32,000 bases of DNA from an uncultured bacterium (GTDB lineage Bacteria > Margulisbacteria > WOR-1 > CAVSGV01): assembly GCA_963699255.1 (NCBI GenBank), contig OY969425.1, positions 330,001 to 362,000 of the forward strand, read 5' to 3'. Under the pieces are notes generated by a model. That model made no database searches and was not told where the DNA came from. It was given only the letters and a program-made list of their open reading frames with translations. A program made the translations under genes and the position numbers. Below, in pieces: positions 16,490-26,056 of this stretch. Position 1 is the stretch's first letter. Every line of letters starts with the position of its first letter.

Positions 16490-17635
16490 TTGGGATCTGA
16501 TGTTTCAAGTACATCCGATATTTCGTGGATAAAAAGCGTGATATTAAAGCGATATCCAAAGATCATTGAGGATAAAGGCGCTGACCTGAACAATGATAAG
16601 AAGATATCGGGCGATGAGGTCTTTGGAGATCTTGATAAGAACGGCACTGTTGGCAACGACAAGGATTTCTGGCTTTATTTGGAAAAAAATAAAAGCTTGA
16701 TCGCCAAGCAGGTGGACTTCGTTGCTTGGGAGGGAGCTGAAATATCTTCGGATAATATCATTAACCATCTTCTTTTTTTGGAGTCCCAATTATGCAAAAA
16801 AGAGGATATTCAGAATACTTACAGGATACTCAATGAGGTTGTGGCGCAGGCAAAACAAAAAGCAGGGAAAATAGAAAGCCCCGAATGGAAGCTCAAAGGC
16901 GTATTGGTTATGCTTCATGACGACTTTAATATCAATTTCCAGGTTTCGGATAAAGGATTTACTGACGATCTTTTGAAGGGGATAATGGATTGCAATACTG
17001 TTTCTTTCTTGTTTTTGGCGATCGCACATGAGCTGAAATGGCCCTTATACGCGGTAAAGGCCCCTCAGCATGTTTTTTTGAGGTGGGATGATGGGTCGTA
17101 TCGTTTAAATTTCGACATAGGGCGTATATATACGGACAAATATTATCAGGAACAGCTAAAAATAGATGACAGTGTCGTTAAAAACGGGACATATTTAAAA
17201 AATTTGTCCCAGCGCGAGACAAAAGGTCTGTTCTATTATAACCGGGGGAATACAAAATGTGAGGGAAAGGATTATGGTGGAGCGAATGAGGATTACTTAA
17301 AAGCTATTGAATTCTACCCCAAACTTCCAGAAGCGTATAATAATATAGGAATTATCAAAAGCGATTTAAGGGATAATAACAAGGCGATCGAGTATTTTTC
17401 AAAAGCGCTTGCGCTTTATCCTAAATTTGGAGCCGCCTACATGAACCGGGGGATATCAAAAAATAAAATCGGGGACTATAAGGGGGCTATAGAAGATTTT
17501 TCTGAAGTGATCACACTTGACCCAAAATATGCCCCGGCTTATCTTGACCGCTGTAAAGTGAAAGCAAAAATGGGGGATAGCACGGGAGCAAGCGCCGATT
17601 TTAAGGAATATAAAAAGTTAACAGCCGGGCAATGA
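16490..17635 (+). CDS. Transglutaminase-like (SirB1/YchA-type) + TPR repeat protein with an N-terminal EF-hand-like loop
   Basis: The TTG start lies 9 nt after AAGGAG. The segment MDCNTVSFLFLAIAHELKWPLYAVKAPQHVFLRW resembles the transglutaminase-like core of SirB1-family proteins. Three to four C-terminal TPRs are present (AYNNIG..., AYMNRG..., AYLDRC...). DLNNDKKISGDE fits the EF-hand loop. Confidence 0.65.
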   Translation: MGSDVSSTSDISWIKSVILKRYPKIIEDKGADLNNDKKISGDEVFGDLDKNGTVGNDKDFWLYLEKNKSLIAKQVDFVAWEGAEISSDNIINHLLFLESQLCKKEDIQNTYRILNEVVAQAKQKAGKIESPEWKLKGVLVMLHDDFNINFQVSDKGFTDDLLKGIMDCNTVSFLFLAIAHELKWPLYAVKAPQHVFLRWDDGSYRLNFDIGRIYTDKYYQEQLKIDDSVVKNGTYLKNLSQRETKGLFYYNRGNTKCEGKDYGGANEDYLKAIEFYPKLPEAYNNIGIIKSDLRDNNKAIEYFSKALALYPKFGAAYMNRGISKNKIGDYKGAIEDFSEVITLDPKYAPAYLDRCKVKAKMGDSTGASADFKEYKKLTAGQ

Positions 17636-17694
17636 TATTTTTTTCCACAGTCTCTATCCAATTTATTAAAAAGTCTTATCATTATTATTTATTG

Positions 17695-17723
17695 TTTACA
17701 AATCAAACAAGCTGTGATAACAT
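17695..17723 (+). promoter_or_regulatory. Sigma70-type promoter candidate for rpsO-pnp
   Basis: TTTACA (17695-17700), a 17-nt spacer, then TAACAT (17718-17723) with an upstream TG (extended -10). This lies about 20 nt upstream of the AGGAGGA RBS. Confidence 0.3.
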
Positions 17724-17744
17724 CAAAACGTTCAGGAGGAATAG

Positions 17745-18014
17745 ATGTCGATAAAAAAAGAGGTCAAAACGGAAATAATAAAGAAATTCAGAAGGAAGGA
17801 ATCTGATACGGGGTCGCCCGAGGTACAGGTTGCTATTTTGACCGAAAGCATAAACAAGCTGCTTGAGCATTTGAAGGGCAATAAAAAGGACCATCACTCC
17901 CGACGAGGGCTGCTAATGATGGTGGGCCGCCGCAAAAGGCTCATGAAATACCTCAACAGGAAGGACATTAAGCGATACACTGCGCTTGCGACCAGCTTAG
18001 ACCTGAAGAAATAA
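17745..18014 (+). CDS. rpsO: 30S ribosomal protein S15
   Basis: 89 aa. Contains [16 protein letters not shown] and [24 protein letters not shown]. Confidence 0.93.
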   Translation: MSIKKEVKTEIIKKFRRKESDTGSPEVQVAILTESINKLLEHLKGNKKDHHSRRGLLMMVGRRKRLMKYLNRKDIKRYTALATSLDLKK

Positions 18015-18017
18015 CCT

Positions 18018-20114
18018 ATGATCAAAAAAGTTGAAATGGATTTTGACGGCAAAAAGCTTTCCCTTGAAACAGGACGTGTTGCGAGGCAAGCCGGAGGCGC
18101 GGTAATAGTCAGGCTCGGGGACACGATGGTCCTTGCCACCGCAACGGCGAGCGAACTGCCCAAAGAAAGCGCTGATTTCTTCCCGCTGACGGTGGATTTT
18201 GAGGAAAAACTTTATGCCGCGGGCAAGATCCCCGGAGGGTTCTTTAAAAGGGAAGGCAGGCCGACGGAAAAAGCGATATTGACCTCAAGGTTGGTTGACC
18301 GCCCCATAAGGCCTCTTTTTCCGGATAATTTCCGCAATGAAGTTCAAATAGTTATTGTTCCCCTTTCAGTTGATCAGGAAAATGCTCCCGATGTTCTTGG
18401 CATGATAGGGGCATCTGCAGCGCTCACGATCTCGGAGATCCCTTTCATGGGGCCTGCGGGGGCCGTGAGGGTCGGAAAGATCGGTGACAAACTTATTATT
18501 AACCCCACGTCCGAACAAATGGAAGAGAGCGAGCTCGATATCATTGTTGCGGGCACAAAGGATGCCGTGATGATGGTCGAGGCGGGAGCCGATGAGGTGG
18601 GAGAGGAAATTATCCTATCCGCCATTGAGCTTGCGCATGTCAGGATAAAGGATCTCATAAAACTTCAGGAAGAGCTTGCCAAGCTTGCCGGAAATCCAAA
18701 GATGAAGCCAAAACTTTATGAGCCGGACAAGAGCATTGAAAATTATGTAAAAGATTTTGCTTCAAAACGCATAGCAACCGCGCTCGAGATCACGGATAGG
18801 GACAAGCAGACCGATGAACTGAAAATGATCGAACAGGATGCCATCGAGAGCGTAAAGGATGAGAAGCTGGCTGCACTGGTCAAATCAAGACCGTTCGATA
18901 TCAAGGCGATCGTAAAGAGCATAGAAAAGAAAATCGTTAGGGACATGATCCTTAACAAGCGCGTAAGGCCTGACGGCAGGAAGCTTGATGAGATAAGGCA
19001 GATCACCTGCGAGGTGGGACTTCTCCCCAGAGTGCACGGGTCCGCGATATTCACAAGAGGCGCGACCCAGGTAATGACGCTCGCCACGCTTGGATCCATA
19101 GGCGAAGAACAGCGCATCGAAGGGCTCGAACCCGAAGACAGCAGAAAAAGGTACATGCATCATTATAACTTCCCGGCTTATTCAGTTGGAGAGGTAAGGC
19201 CTCTGCGCGGTCCGGGAAGGCGGGAAATAGGGCACGGCGCGCTTGCGGAGAGGGCGCTTTTCCCGGTACTTCCGCCTGACGAAAAATTCCCATACACTGT
19301 AAGGCTTGTTTCGGAGGTCCTTATGTCAAACGGCTCTACTTCCATGGCTTCGACCTGCGGGAGCACTCTGGCGCTGATGGACGCGGGCGTTCCTATAAAG
19401 TCCCCGGTTTCCGGGATCGCGATGGGGCTTGTAAAGGAGGGGGACAAAGTAGCCATTCTTTCCGATATCCAGGGGCTCGAGGATTTTCTCGGGGACATGG
19501 ACTTCAAGGTCGCGGGTACTTCAAAAGGCATAACGGCTCTTCAGATGGATATCAAGATCAAGGGCATTTCAATTGACATAATGAGAAAAGCTCTTGAACA
19601 GGCAAAAGTGGGCAGGGCGTTCATTCTCTCAAAAATGACGGAGGCGATCTCAAAGCCGAGAGCGGAGCTCTCTCAATTCGCTCCCCGCGTCATAGTGCTT
19701 ACGATCCCGATAGATAAGATCGGGCTTGTGATAGGTCCGGGCGGGAAGAACATAAAGAGAATAATCGAAGAGACGGGCGTACAGGTGGACATTGAAGATG
19801 ACGGAAGCGTTTTTATAACGGGCGCTGATGTGAAAGGCGCTGAGAAAGCTCAGAGCATCATTGAAGGCATGACTGCGGAGGCGGAAGTCGGAAAAACTTA
19901 TCACGGAAGGGTAACACGGTTAATGAATTTCGGCGCTTTCGTTGAGATAATGCCGGGCAAGGAAGGCCTTGTTCACATATCGCAGCTTGCCGACAGGCGC
20001 GTCGCGAAGGTGGAAGATGTCGTTAAGGTAGGGGATGAGATAGCCGTGAAAGTGATCGAGATAGATGATCAGGGTCGGATAAACCTCTCAAAAAAAGCCG
20101 CGGAACAGAAATAG
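18018..20114 (+). CDS. pnp: Polyribonucleotide nucleotidyltransferase (PNPase)
   Basis: 698 aa. Two RNase PH-like domains are followed by KH ([15 protein letters not shown]) and S1 ([15 protein letters not shown]) domains. The start lies 3 nt after the rpsO stop. Confidence 0.95.
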   Translation: MIKKVEMDFDGKKLSLETGRVARQAGGAVIVRLGDTMVLATATASELPKESADFFPLTVDFEEKLYAAGKIPGGFFKREGRPTEKAILTSRLVDRPIRPLFPDNFRNEVQIVIVPLSVDQENAPDVLGMIGASAALTISEIPFMGPAGAVRVGKIGDKLIINPTSEQMEESELDIIVAGTKDAVMMVEAGADEVGEEIILSAIELAHVRIKDLIKLQEELAKLAGNPKMKPKLYEPDKSIENYVKDFASKRIATALEITDRDKQTDELKMIEQDAIESVKDEKLAALVKSRPFDIKAIVKSIEKKIVRDMILNKRVRPDGRKLDEIRQITCEVGLLPRVHGSAIFTRGATQVMTLATLGSIGEEQRIEGLEPEDSRKRYMHHYNFPAYSVGEVRPLRGPGRREIGHGALAERALFPVLPPDEKFPYTVRLVSEVLMSNGSTSMASTCGSTLALMDAGVPIKSPVSGIAMGLVKEGDKVAILSDIQGLEDFLGDMDFKVAGTSKGITALQMDIKIKGISIDIMRKALEQAKVGRAFILSKMTEAISKPRAELSQFAPRVIVLTIPIDKIGLVIGPGGKNIKRIIEETGVQVDIEDDGSVFITGADVKGAEKAQSIIEGMTAEAEVGKTYHGRVTRLMNFGAFVEIMPGKEGLVHISQLADRRVAKVEDVVKVGDEIAVKVIEIDDQGRINLSKKAAEQK

Positions 20115-20133
20115 CATCGTTATTTGTTCGATA

Positions 20134-20957
20134 TTAATTAAATCCGGTAAGACTGAGTTCCCCTTTAACTGTATTAATCCAGCGCGTCGCGCTCTGCTCT
20201 GTAACCATGAAATTCACAAAGACACCTTCAAATTTATGACAGACACGGGCAAATAGCCGGATATCTGAATCGTGAGGGTGTGCGCTAAGGGGATCCATAA
20301 AAAATACCACATGATGACAGCGACCTTCAATTATCTCATTGGCGATTTGAACATCTCCGCCAAGGGGGCCGGAATTAAACGCTTTTATTTTCGCGGATAG
20401 CGCCGGGAAGAATGTTGCAATGCGTTCCCCAGTTGTCCCTGTGCAAAAAATGTTATTGAACACATTAAGTTCATCTTGGTGATCAGCTACAAATTTATAC
20501 ATATCGTCCTTCTTTTTATCGTGAGCGATCAACGATACGGTTTGTTGGGAAAGAGGGAGCCCAATACATGAATTGTTCTTCTCAGCCCAGATATTCGCAC
20601 TCCAAACATTCTGCAAAAGCTCAACATTGTGTACGATGCTTTGCCTGACCAGGGTCTGATTTTCCGGGGAATCTGCCCGCGGATCATTGGGATCGGAGAA
20701 AAAAAGCAGCGTTTGACACGAGCCTGTCACGATCTTTTCGGCAAACTCGATAACCCCACCTCGAAAACCCGGTCTCAGTATAGAGATACTGAGATGCTTC
20801 GCGTGTTTTTGTAGCAGATCATCGTAAGTGCCTTCGGTGGTAAGGATGTGATGTTGACACAGAATTCCCAGGTGTCTTTTCAGGAAAAGATCTACCGGCC
20901 CGCTTTTTTCCTTGCTGCCGAGCTGGCAATTATTCCCATTGTTGGTCCAAATCCCAT
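20134..20957 (-). CDS. Tandem methylglyoxal-synthase-like (MGS-like) domain protein, with a degenerate N-terminal copy and a catalytic-looking C-terminal copy; reading frame broken near 20904-20909
   Basis: The C-terminal half matches MGS: LIAHDKKKD, CTGTTG, SGPLGGDVQ and FFMDPLSAHPHDSD. The N-terminal half has the same spacing but substituted key residues. An ATG at 20957 overlaps the upstream stop (TAATG) after GAGGA. It opens a 21-codon frame (MGFGPTMGIIASSAARKKAGR) that must shift by -1 at an A6 run to join the 20134-21039 ORF. Confidence 0.7.
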
Positions 20958-22222
20958 TATTTTTCCTCTTTCTTGGGTTCAGCCGCAGGTTCTGTCTTGG
21001 AATGCCGATTAAAAAGTTTCCTGTAAAAATCGCGAACATATCTGTATGGCGCAGTGATATCTTTCTCTGCTATGTCGACAGCATGCGATAGTTGCAGCTT
21101 TAATATCGTTTGGAAGATCTTTTTCTTTAATCTCAAAGGAATATGGGATCTTTTAAGATTTCTCAAGGCACATATTGCGCCACTTCGAACGCTGCTGTCC
21201 TTATCTTTCGTAGCTGTTATGAGAGGATCGATCATGCTTACCTTTAACGCGGGAGCGATGTTGGCTTTGCTGAGGGTTTCCAACGCGTATATCGCGCTCT
21301 CCCGACGTAAATTGTTGTCATCTACCAGCGCTTTAAGGAAAGAATCAACTATCTGCGACTTATGACCCTGAGCAAGATTGGTTATAGCGGGATTGTTGGG
21401 ATCGGGGTTCACAAGAGATGTTAAGACCTCTACCGCGAGAAGCCGAATATCCAGATTTGCATCGCCGATACAATTAAAGAGCGGCTCGATCATCTTTGCC
21501 TTTTGATCAGGAGAAACATTTGATTCAGCGATATCTCCTAAAGCAGCTGCCGCACTGCATCGAGCATCATTACTATTTTGATTATCAACAAATGCATTAA
21601 TAAGCGGCTCGATCATCTTTGCCTTTAGATCCGAAGACACATCGGATCTGGCGATATTTCCCAATGCAGATGCCAGGCTTCTTCGAATAGCACTGTTATT
21701 ATGTTTATCCTCAAACGCTTTGATAAGAGGGTCGATCGTCTTTGCCTTAAAATTCGGAGAAATGGCGGATTTAGCGAGTTCCCCAAATGCATATGCAACG
21801 CTGGTCCGAACATCGCTGTTTATATCCTCCAGTGCTTTGATAAGAGGATCGACCATCTTAGCTTTTAGATCCGAAGGGATATTGGATCCGGCAAGTTGCC
21901 ACAAAGACCGTGCCGCCTGATCTCGGACATGCCAGTCTGTGTCTTCCAGTTTTTGCAATAGACCTACCATTTCATTTTCCGATACATCTTTTCTGACATA
22001 GTTGATCTTCAGATGCAGAGATGCATATCCGCAACTCTCAAGGTATTTCATAAAACTTTCACAGCTTGAAGGATTGTCTTCGCAGTATGCTTCGGCTGCG
22101 TTCTCGGCCTCTTCTCTTGTGTTTATTCTGCCGTCATTACCCTTTGGGCCTTCATGCGTGTCCCCGAGCTTCAGGTAACTTCTGTATTCGAACGGCGCTT
22201 TTTCAATGATGATATCGCCCAT
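20957..22222 (-). CDS. HEAT-repeat protein (PBS-lyase-HEAT-like repeats) with a Cys-containing N-terminal domain of unknown function
   Basis: The ATG lies 8 nt after AGGAGG. There are at least 7 repeats of about 39-41 aa with the pattern DLKAKM(I/V)(D/E)PLI.A..D....R...A.ALG.IA. The DNA-level period is 123 nt. Confidence 0.75.
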   Translation of the reverse strand: MGDIIIEKAPFEYRSYLKLGDTHEGPKGNDGRINTREEAENAAEAYCEDNPSSCESFMKYLESCGYASLHLKINYVRKDVSENEMVGLLQKLEDTDWHVRDQAARSLWQLAGSNIPSDLKAKMVDPLIKALEDINSDVRTSVAYAFGELAKSAISPNFKAKTIDPLIKAFEDKHNNSAIRRSLASALGNIARSDVSSDLKAKMIEPLINAFVDNQNSNDARCSAAAALGDIAESNVSPDQKAKMIEPLFNCIGDANLDIRLLAVEVLTSLVNPDPNNPAITNLAQGHKSQIVDSFLKALVDDNNLRRESAIYALETLSKANIAPALKVSMIDPLITATKDKDSSVRSGAICALRNLKRSHIPLRLKKKIFQTILKLQLSHAVDIAEKDITAPYRYVRDFYRKLFNRHSKTEPAAEPKKEEK

Positions 22223-22379
22223 TTTACGTGCCTCCTGATAGACTTATGATCGATCGCAAACCATATATCGACCGCATTTCCCTGAAATTGCAGTATTCTT
22301 TCAAATTACCATGGCATTTTCTGTCGGATATTTTTGTGATATTTTCAAATGGCCGAAAAGATGATAAAATATACGAGAA

Positions 22380-24680
22380 ATGAAAGATCCGGACATAAAG
22401 ATCACTGATAAGATAATCTCCGAGCACGGGCTGACAAAGGAAGAATTCGAAAGAATCGTTAAAACCCTTGGCAGGCGGCCGAATATTGTTGAGCTTGGAA
22501 TGTATTCTGTCCTCTGGAGCGAACACTGTTCGTACAAGAGCTCGAAGATCTATCTCAAGAAATTCCCCACAAAGTCGCCCAGGGTTCTTGCGGGTCCCGG
22601 AGAGAACTCCGGCATAGTTGACATAGGCGGCGGCCTGGCCATTTCGATGAAGATAGAATCCCATAATCATCCAAGCGCCATTGAACCCTATCAGGGAGCC
22701 GCGACCGGAGTGGGCGGCATCGTCAGGGATATTTTCACCATGGGTGCAAGACCTATTGCCGGCCTTAATTCTTTAAGGTTCGGGCATCTTTCAAACCAGA
22801 GGAATAAATATCTTTTCGGCGGGGTCGTTTCGGGGATCGCCGGCTACGGCAACTGCCTGGGACTTCCGACCGTCGCAGGTGAAGTGTACTTCGATGATTG
22901 TTACACGGGAAATTGCCTTGTTAACGCGATGTGCGTTGGAGTGGTCAGGATTGACGGCAGCCCCGCCGAGGCGGGCAGGCAGGTAAAAGGCCATGAGTCG
23001 ATCGAAATAGGCCCGAGGATTGTTAAAGCGATCGCCGAAGGCCCGGGGAACTCCGTGATGTACGTCGGCGCGTCCACGGGAAGGGACGGCATACACGGCG
23101 CCACTTTCGCATCCGTTGAGCTTTCTGAAGAATCAGAATCACGCAGGTCGAACGTCCAGATAGGGGACCCGTTCACCGAAAAGTCGCTCATTGAAGCCTG
23201 TCTTGAGGTACTCACCGATGATTGCGTTGTCGGTATGCAGGACATGGGAGCCGCAGGATTAACGTGTTCGACATCAGAGATGTCATCAAAGTCCGGCACA
23301 GGAATGGACGTTGATATCTCTCTGGTACCGCAGAGAGAAGAGGGAATGACCCCCTATGAGATCATGCTTTCCGAATCTCAAGAGAGGATGCTTCTTGTTG
23401 TCAGATCTGGGACTGAGAACAGGGTAAAAAAAATATTCAATAAATGGGGGCTTAACTGCGTCAATATCGGCAAGGTGACCGATGACGGGTTTCTCAGGGT
23501 GAGGCTGAACGGTAAGGTCATAGCGGAAGTCCCCCCAAGATCACTTGCTGATGAGGGGCCTCTTTACGAAAGACCTTTTGAAAAACCCGGATATTTGGAT
23601 AAGGTCCAGTCTTTTGATCCCGGGAAAGTGAAAGCGCCTAAGGATAATAATAAAATATTGATCCAGCTCCTGGGTTCTCCGGATATAGCGAATAAAAAGT
23701 GGGTATATGAACAGTATGATCATATGGTCCAGACGAATACGATGGTCCTTCCCGGTGCAGCGGATGCGTCCGTTTTGAGACTCAAAGATACGGGCAAGGC
23801 CATATCGATCACTGCGGACGGCAATGGGGAATATTGTTATCTTGATCCTTTCGTGGGCGGGATGATCGCTGTTTGCGAAGCGGCAAGGAATGTAGTGTGC
23901 ACCGGCGCGGAGCCGATCGCTCTCACGAACTGCCTTAACTTCGGCAATCCGGAAAAACCGGAGGTAATGTGGCAGTTCAAACAGGCGGTGGAGGGAATGG
24001 CCGAGGCGTGCAGGGCGCTTAACGTCCCCGTGATCTCCGGGAACGTAAGTTTTTACAATGAGAATAACGGAGTTGCTGTTTTCCCGACCCCTGTTGTCGG
24101 CATGCTGGGTTTGATCGAAGCAAAAAGCGAGCAAGAAATAAAACGCTCCACCATGGGATTCGCAAAAAGCGGCGACGTGATCGTTCTGCTTGGCAAGAAC
24201 AAGTCCGAACTCGGGGGAAGCGAATATCTGAAAGTGATACACGGCAAGGTCGCGGGATGTCCGCCCCAGCTTGATCTTGCTTTTGAAAAAAGCGTTCAGC
24301 AGACCTGCCTGGAAGCCATCAGGCTTGGTCTTGTTAAGTCCGCCCATGACACATCCGAAGGAGGCCTTGCGGTCGCGGTCTCCGAATGCTGCATGGCCGG
24401 TGATATTGGAGCAATGCTCTCTTTAATGGATGACCTGAGTCCCGCATCCCTTCTTTTTTCAGAAACACAATCGCGCATCATACTTTCAATTCCCCCGGAG
24501 AACCTTTTTTTGCTAGAGAAGATCGCTGTTAAGCACAGAGTTCCGATCGAAGTAATAGGCAAGGTTGGAGGGAAGGCTTTGATAATAAAAAAAGGCAATA
24601 AAACCTTGATCGACATGCCCGTTAAAGAGCTGAGCGATACATATTACGGAGCCATTGAAAATATCATGGAAACGAGATAA
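22380..24680 (+). CDS. purL: Phosphoribosylformylglycinamide (FGAM) synthase II
   Basis: 766 aa. Contains [44 protein letters not shown] and [12 protein letters not shown]. This is the PurL small-type architecture without a glutaminase domain. Confidence 0.93.
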   Translation: MKDPDIKITDKIISEHGLTKEEFERIVKTLGRRPNIVELGMYSVLWSEHCSYKSSKIYLKKFPTKSPRVLAGPGENSGIVDIGGGLAISMKIESHNHPSAIEPYQGAATGVGGIVRDIFTMGARPIAGLNSLRFGHLSNQRNKYLFGGVVSGIAGYGNCLGLPTVAGEVYFDDCYTGNCLVNAMCVGVVRIDGSPAEAGRQVKGHESIEIGPRIVKAIAEGPGNSVMYVGASTGRDGIHGATFASVELSEESESRRSNVQIGDPFTEKSLIEACLEVLTDDCVVGMQDMGAAGLTCSTSEMSSKSGTGMDVDISLVPQREEGMTPYEIMLSESQERMLLVVRSGTENRVKKIFNKWGLNCVNIGKVTDDGFLRVRLNGKVIAEVPPRSLADEGPLYERPFEKPGYLDKVQSFDPGKVKAPKDNNKILIQLLGSPDIANKKWVYEQYDHMVQTNTMVLPGAADASVLRLKDTGKAISITADGNGEYCYLDPFVGGMIAVCEAARNVVCTGAEPIALTNCLNFGNPEKPEVMWQFKQAVEGMAEACRALNVPVISGNVSFYNENNGVAVFPTPVVGMLGLIEAKSEQEIKRSTMGFAKSGDVIVLLGKNKSELGGSEYLKVIHGKVAGCPPQLDLAFEKSVQQTCLEAIRLGLVKSAHDTSEGGLAVAVSECCMAGDIGAMLSLMDDLSPASLLFSETQSRIILSIPPENLFLLEKIAVKHRVPIEVIGKVGGKALIIKKGNKTLIDMPVKELSDTYYGAIENIMETR

Positions 24681-25304
24681 ATGGATGCAGCCGGCGCGAT
24701 CATCGTACTTATTTTTGTCATTACGATCATATCCGCCTCGACCGGGGGCAGGGTAGCCGTTCCTGGTCTCGGCGGTGGCGAAACCAAAGTCCCCATGTAT
24801 GCCAACCTGAATGTTGATGCGGTCCCCGAATCCACTTTTATTTCTGTTGCCGGAGATGATTCACAGGCCAGGATAGAAAAGTATATTTTAAAACACAACA
24901 AGAACACATCTTACTGGGATGCAAATTTGATGTCTTCCAGCATGGTTAAATACGGCAGCGAGTATAATGTGAACCCAAAACTGGTATGCGCGGTCATTGC
25001 GCGGGAATCGGGATTCAATCCGAGGTCGGTTTCGTCTTCGGGAGCCATCGGGCTTGGCCAGCTTCTGCCCGCCACAGCCACCGCTTTGGAGGTTGATGAT
25101 GGTTTTGACCCTGAACAGAATATAAGAGGGACTACCAGGTATTTGCGTTTTCTTCTTGATAAGTGGAAATCTCATCCCCAGCAGGTGGCTCTCGCGCTAG
25201 CTTCATATACCGAGGGCCATAATGCAATATCCAGGAACGGCGGATACAGCACAAAAACAAAGGGATATGTTGAATCAATTATCAATATCTATTGGAAGAT
25301 ATAA
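24681..25304 (+). CDS. Membrane-anchored lytic transglycosylase (SLT domain)
   Basis: The ATG is adjacent to the purL stop. There is an N-terminal TM helix. The SLT motifs are AVIARESGFNP, GAIGLGQLLPATA and ASYTEG. Confidence 0.8.
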   Translation: MDAAGAIIVLIFVITIISASTGGRVAVPGLGGGETKVPMYANLNVDAVPESTFISVAGDDSQARIEKYILKHNKNTSYWDANLMSSSMVKYGSEYNVNPKLVCAVIARESGFNPRSVSSSGAIGLGQLLPATATALEVDDGFDPEQNIRGTTRYLRFLLDKWKSHPQQVALALASYTEGHNAISRNGGYSTKTKGYVESIINIYWKI

Positions 25305-25414
25305 TTGTTGTAGCAAACCTCGACAATTATAGTTAAATCCGTCTATTTCATCTCACTTTTCCTCTTATTTATTTGGCATATAAATTGCTGATCTGCATAA
25401 AAAGGGAGAGGGTG

Positions 25415-26023
25415 ATGATGCCAGATTTAACTAAAGAGCAGATCTACATCATATTAGGGATCATTGCTGTAGTCTTGATAGGGTGTGTTGTAGGCGTTTT
25501 TAACTCAAATCTGGCTTCAAAACAATCATCACCCGAAACATCACCACCTACAGTTTTACTTGATAATAAGACAAAAACAGAGTGTGCCAGCTGTTTTGTC
25601 CACATAAGCGGGGCGGTTGCCCGGGAAGGCGTCTATAAGTTAAATAAAGGCGATAGGATAGTTGACCTGCTGAAATTGTCAGGGGTAGCTTCAAATGCTG
25701 ATCTTGATAGCGTAAACCTTGCCGAACTCCTTTCTGACGGTGAAAAAGTGTTTATTCCACAGAAGGCGAGCAATGAGAACTTAATAGAGCAAATGCCGTT
25801 ATCTGACAAATTATCGAGTAAAGCGAATAAAATTGTCAATATTAATACTGCGGATGAGAAAGAATTGGATAGTTTGCCGGGTATCGGCCCCGTGATGGCA
25901 AAAAAGATAGTTGATTATCGCAGCGAGAAGGGGAAATTTTTTGATATCGAGGACCTGAAAGGAATTCCGGGAATATCTGAGAAGAAATTCGATAAGCTGA
26001 AAAGCTTGATCTCGGTTTACTAG
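25415..26023 (+). CDS. comEA: ComEA-type DNA receptor (TM anchor + SLBB + tandem helix-hairpin-helix)
   Basis: ATG 25415 follows GGGAGAGG. The SLBB segment is VHISGAVAREGVYKLNKGDRIVDLL. The HhH segment is VNINTADEKELDSLPGIGPVMAKKIVDYR...LKGIPGISEKKFDKL. Confidence 0.85.
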   Translation: MMPDLTKEQIYIILGIIAVVLIGCVVGVFNSNLASKQSSPETSPPTVLLDNKTKTECASCFVHISGAVAREGVYKLNKGDRIVDLLKLSGVASNADLDSVNLAELLSDGEKVFIPQKASNENLIEQMPLSDKLSSKANKIVNINTADEKELDSLPGIGPVMAKKIVDYRSEKGKFFDIEDLKGIPGISEKKFDKLKSLISVY

Positions 26024-26056
26024 TGCTATGGCATCCCGACCTTTTGGGGTTAGAAA

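Noticed and set aside
20115-20133. Only 19 nt separate the convergent pnp and MGS-like stop codons, with no hairpin
   Set aside because: This was noted as slightly unusual, since there is no visible bidirectional terminator. However, short convergent spacers are common in compact genomes and nothing further can be inferred.
20904-20909. Programmed -1 ribosomal frameshift (dnaX-like A AAA AAG) as the explanation for the MGS-like frame break
   Set aside because: In the upstream frame the codons are AGG AAA AAA GCG. The P-site tRNA would therefore re-pair on GAA, which is not a proper X XXY YYZ heptamer. I also saw no obvious downstream stimulatory structure. A homopolymer length error is the simpler explanation, and the other frame breaks support it.
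22223-22379. Possible purine or ZTP riboswitch in the purL leader
   Set aside because: I could not find the conserved purine-riboswitch junction strings or the ZTP GGGTCGTGAC...CCGCCTGGGCA-type core. The spacer is AT-rich and probably holds only divergent promoters. An Rfam scan would settle it.
22224-22670. 148-aa minus-strand ORF spanning the HEAT/purL divergent spacer and the purL 5' end
   Set aside because: It overlaps purL by about 290 nt, has no RBS and no motif, and would run through the likely promoter region.
23541-24347. 268-aa minus-strand ORF inside purL (and other antisense or offset ORFs at 22791-23299 and 24053-24616)
   Set aside because: They lie entirely within the well-supported purL frame. 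The translation is low-complexity and Arg/Phe-rich.
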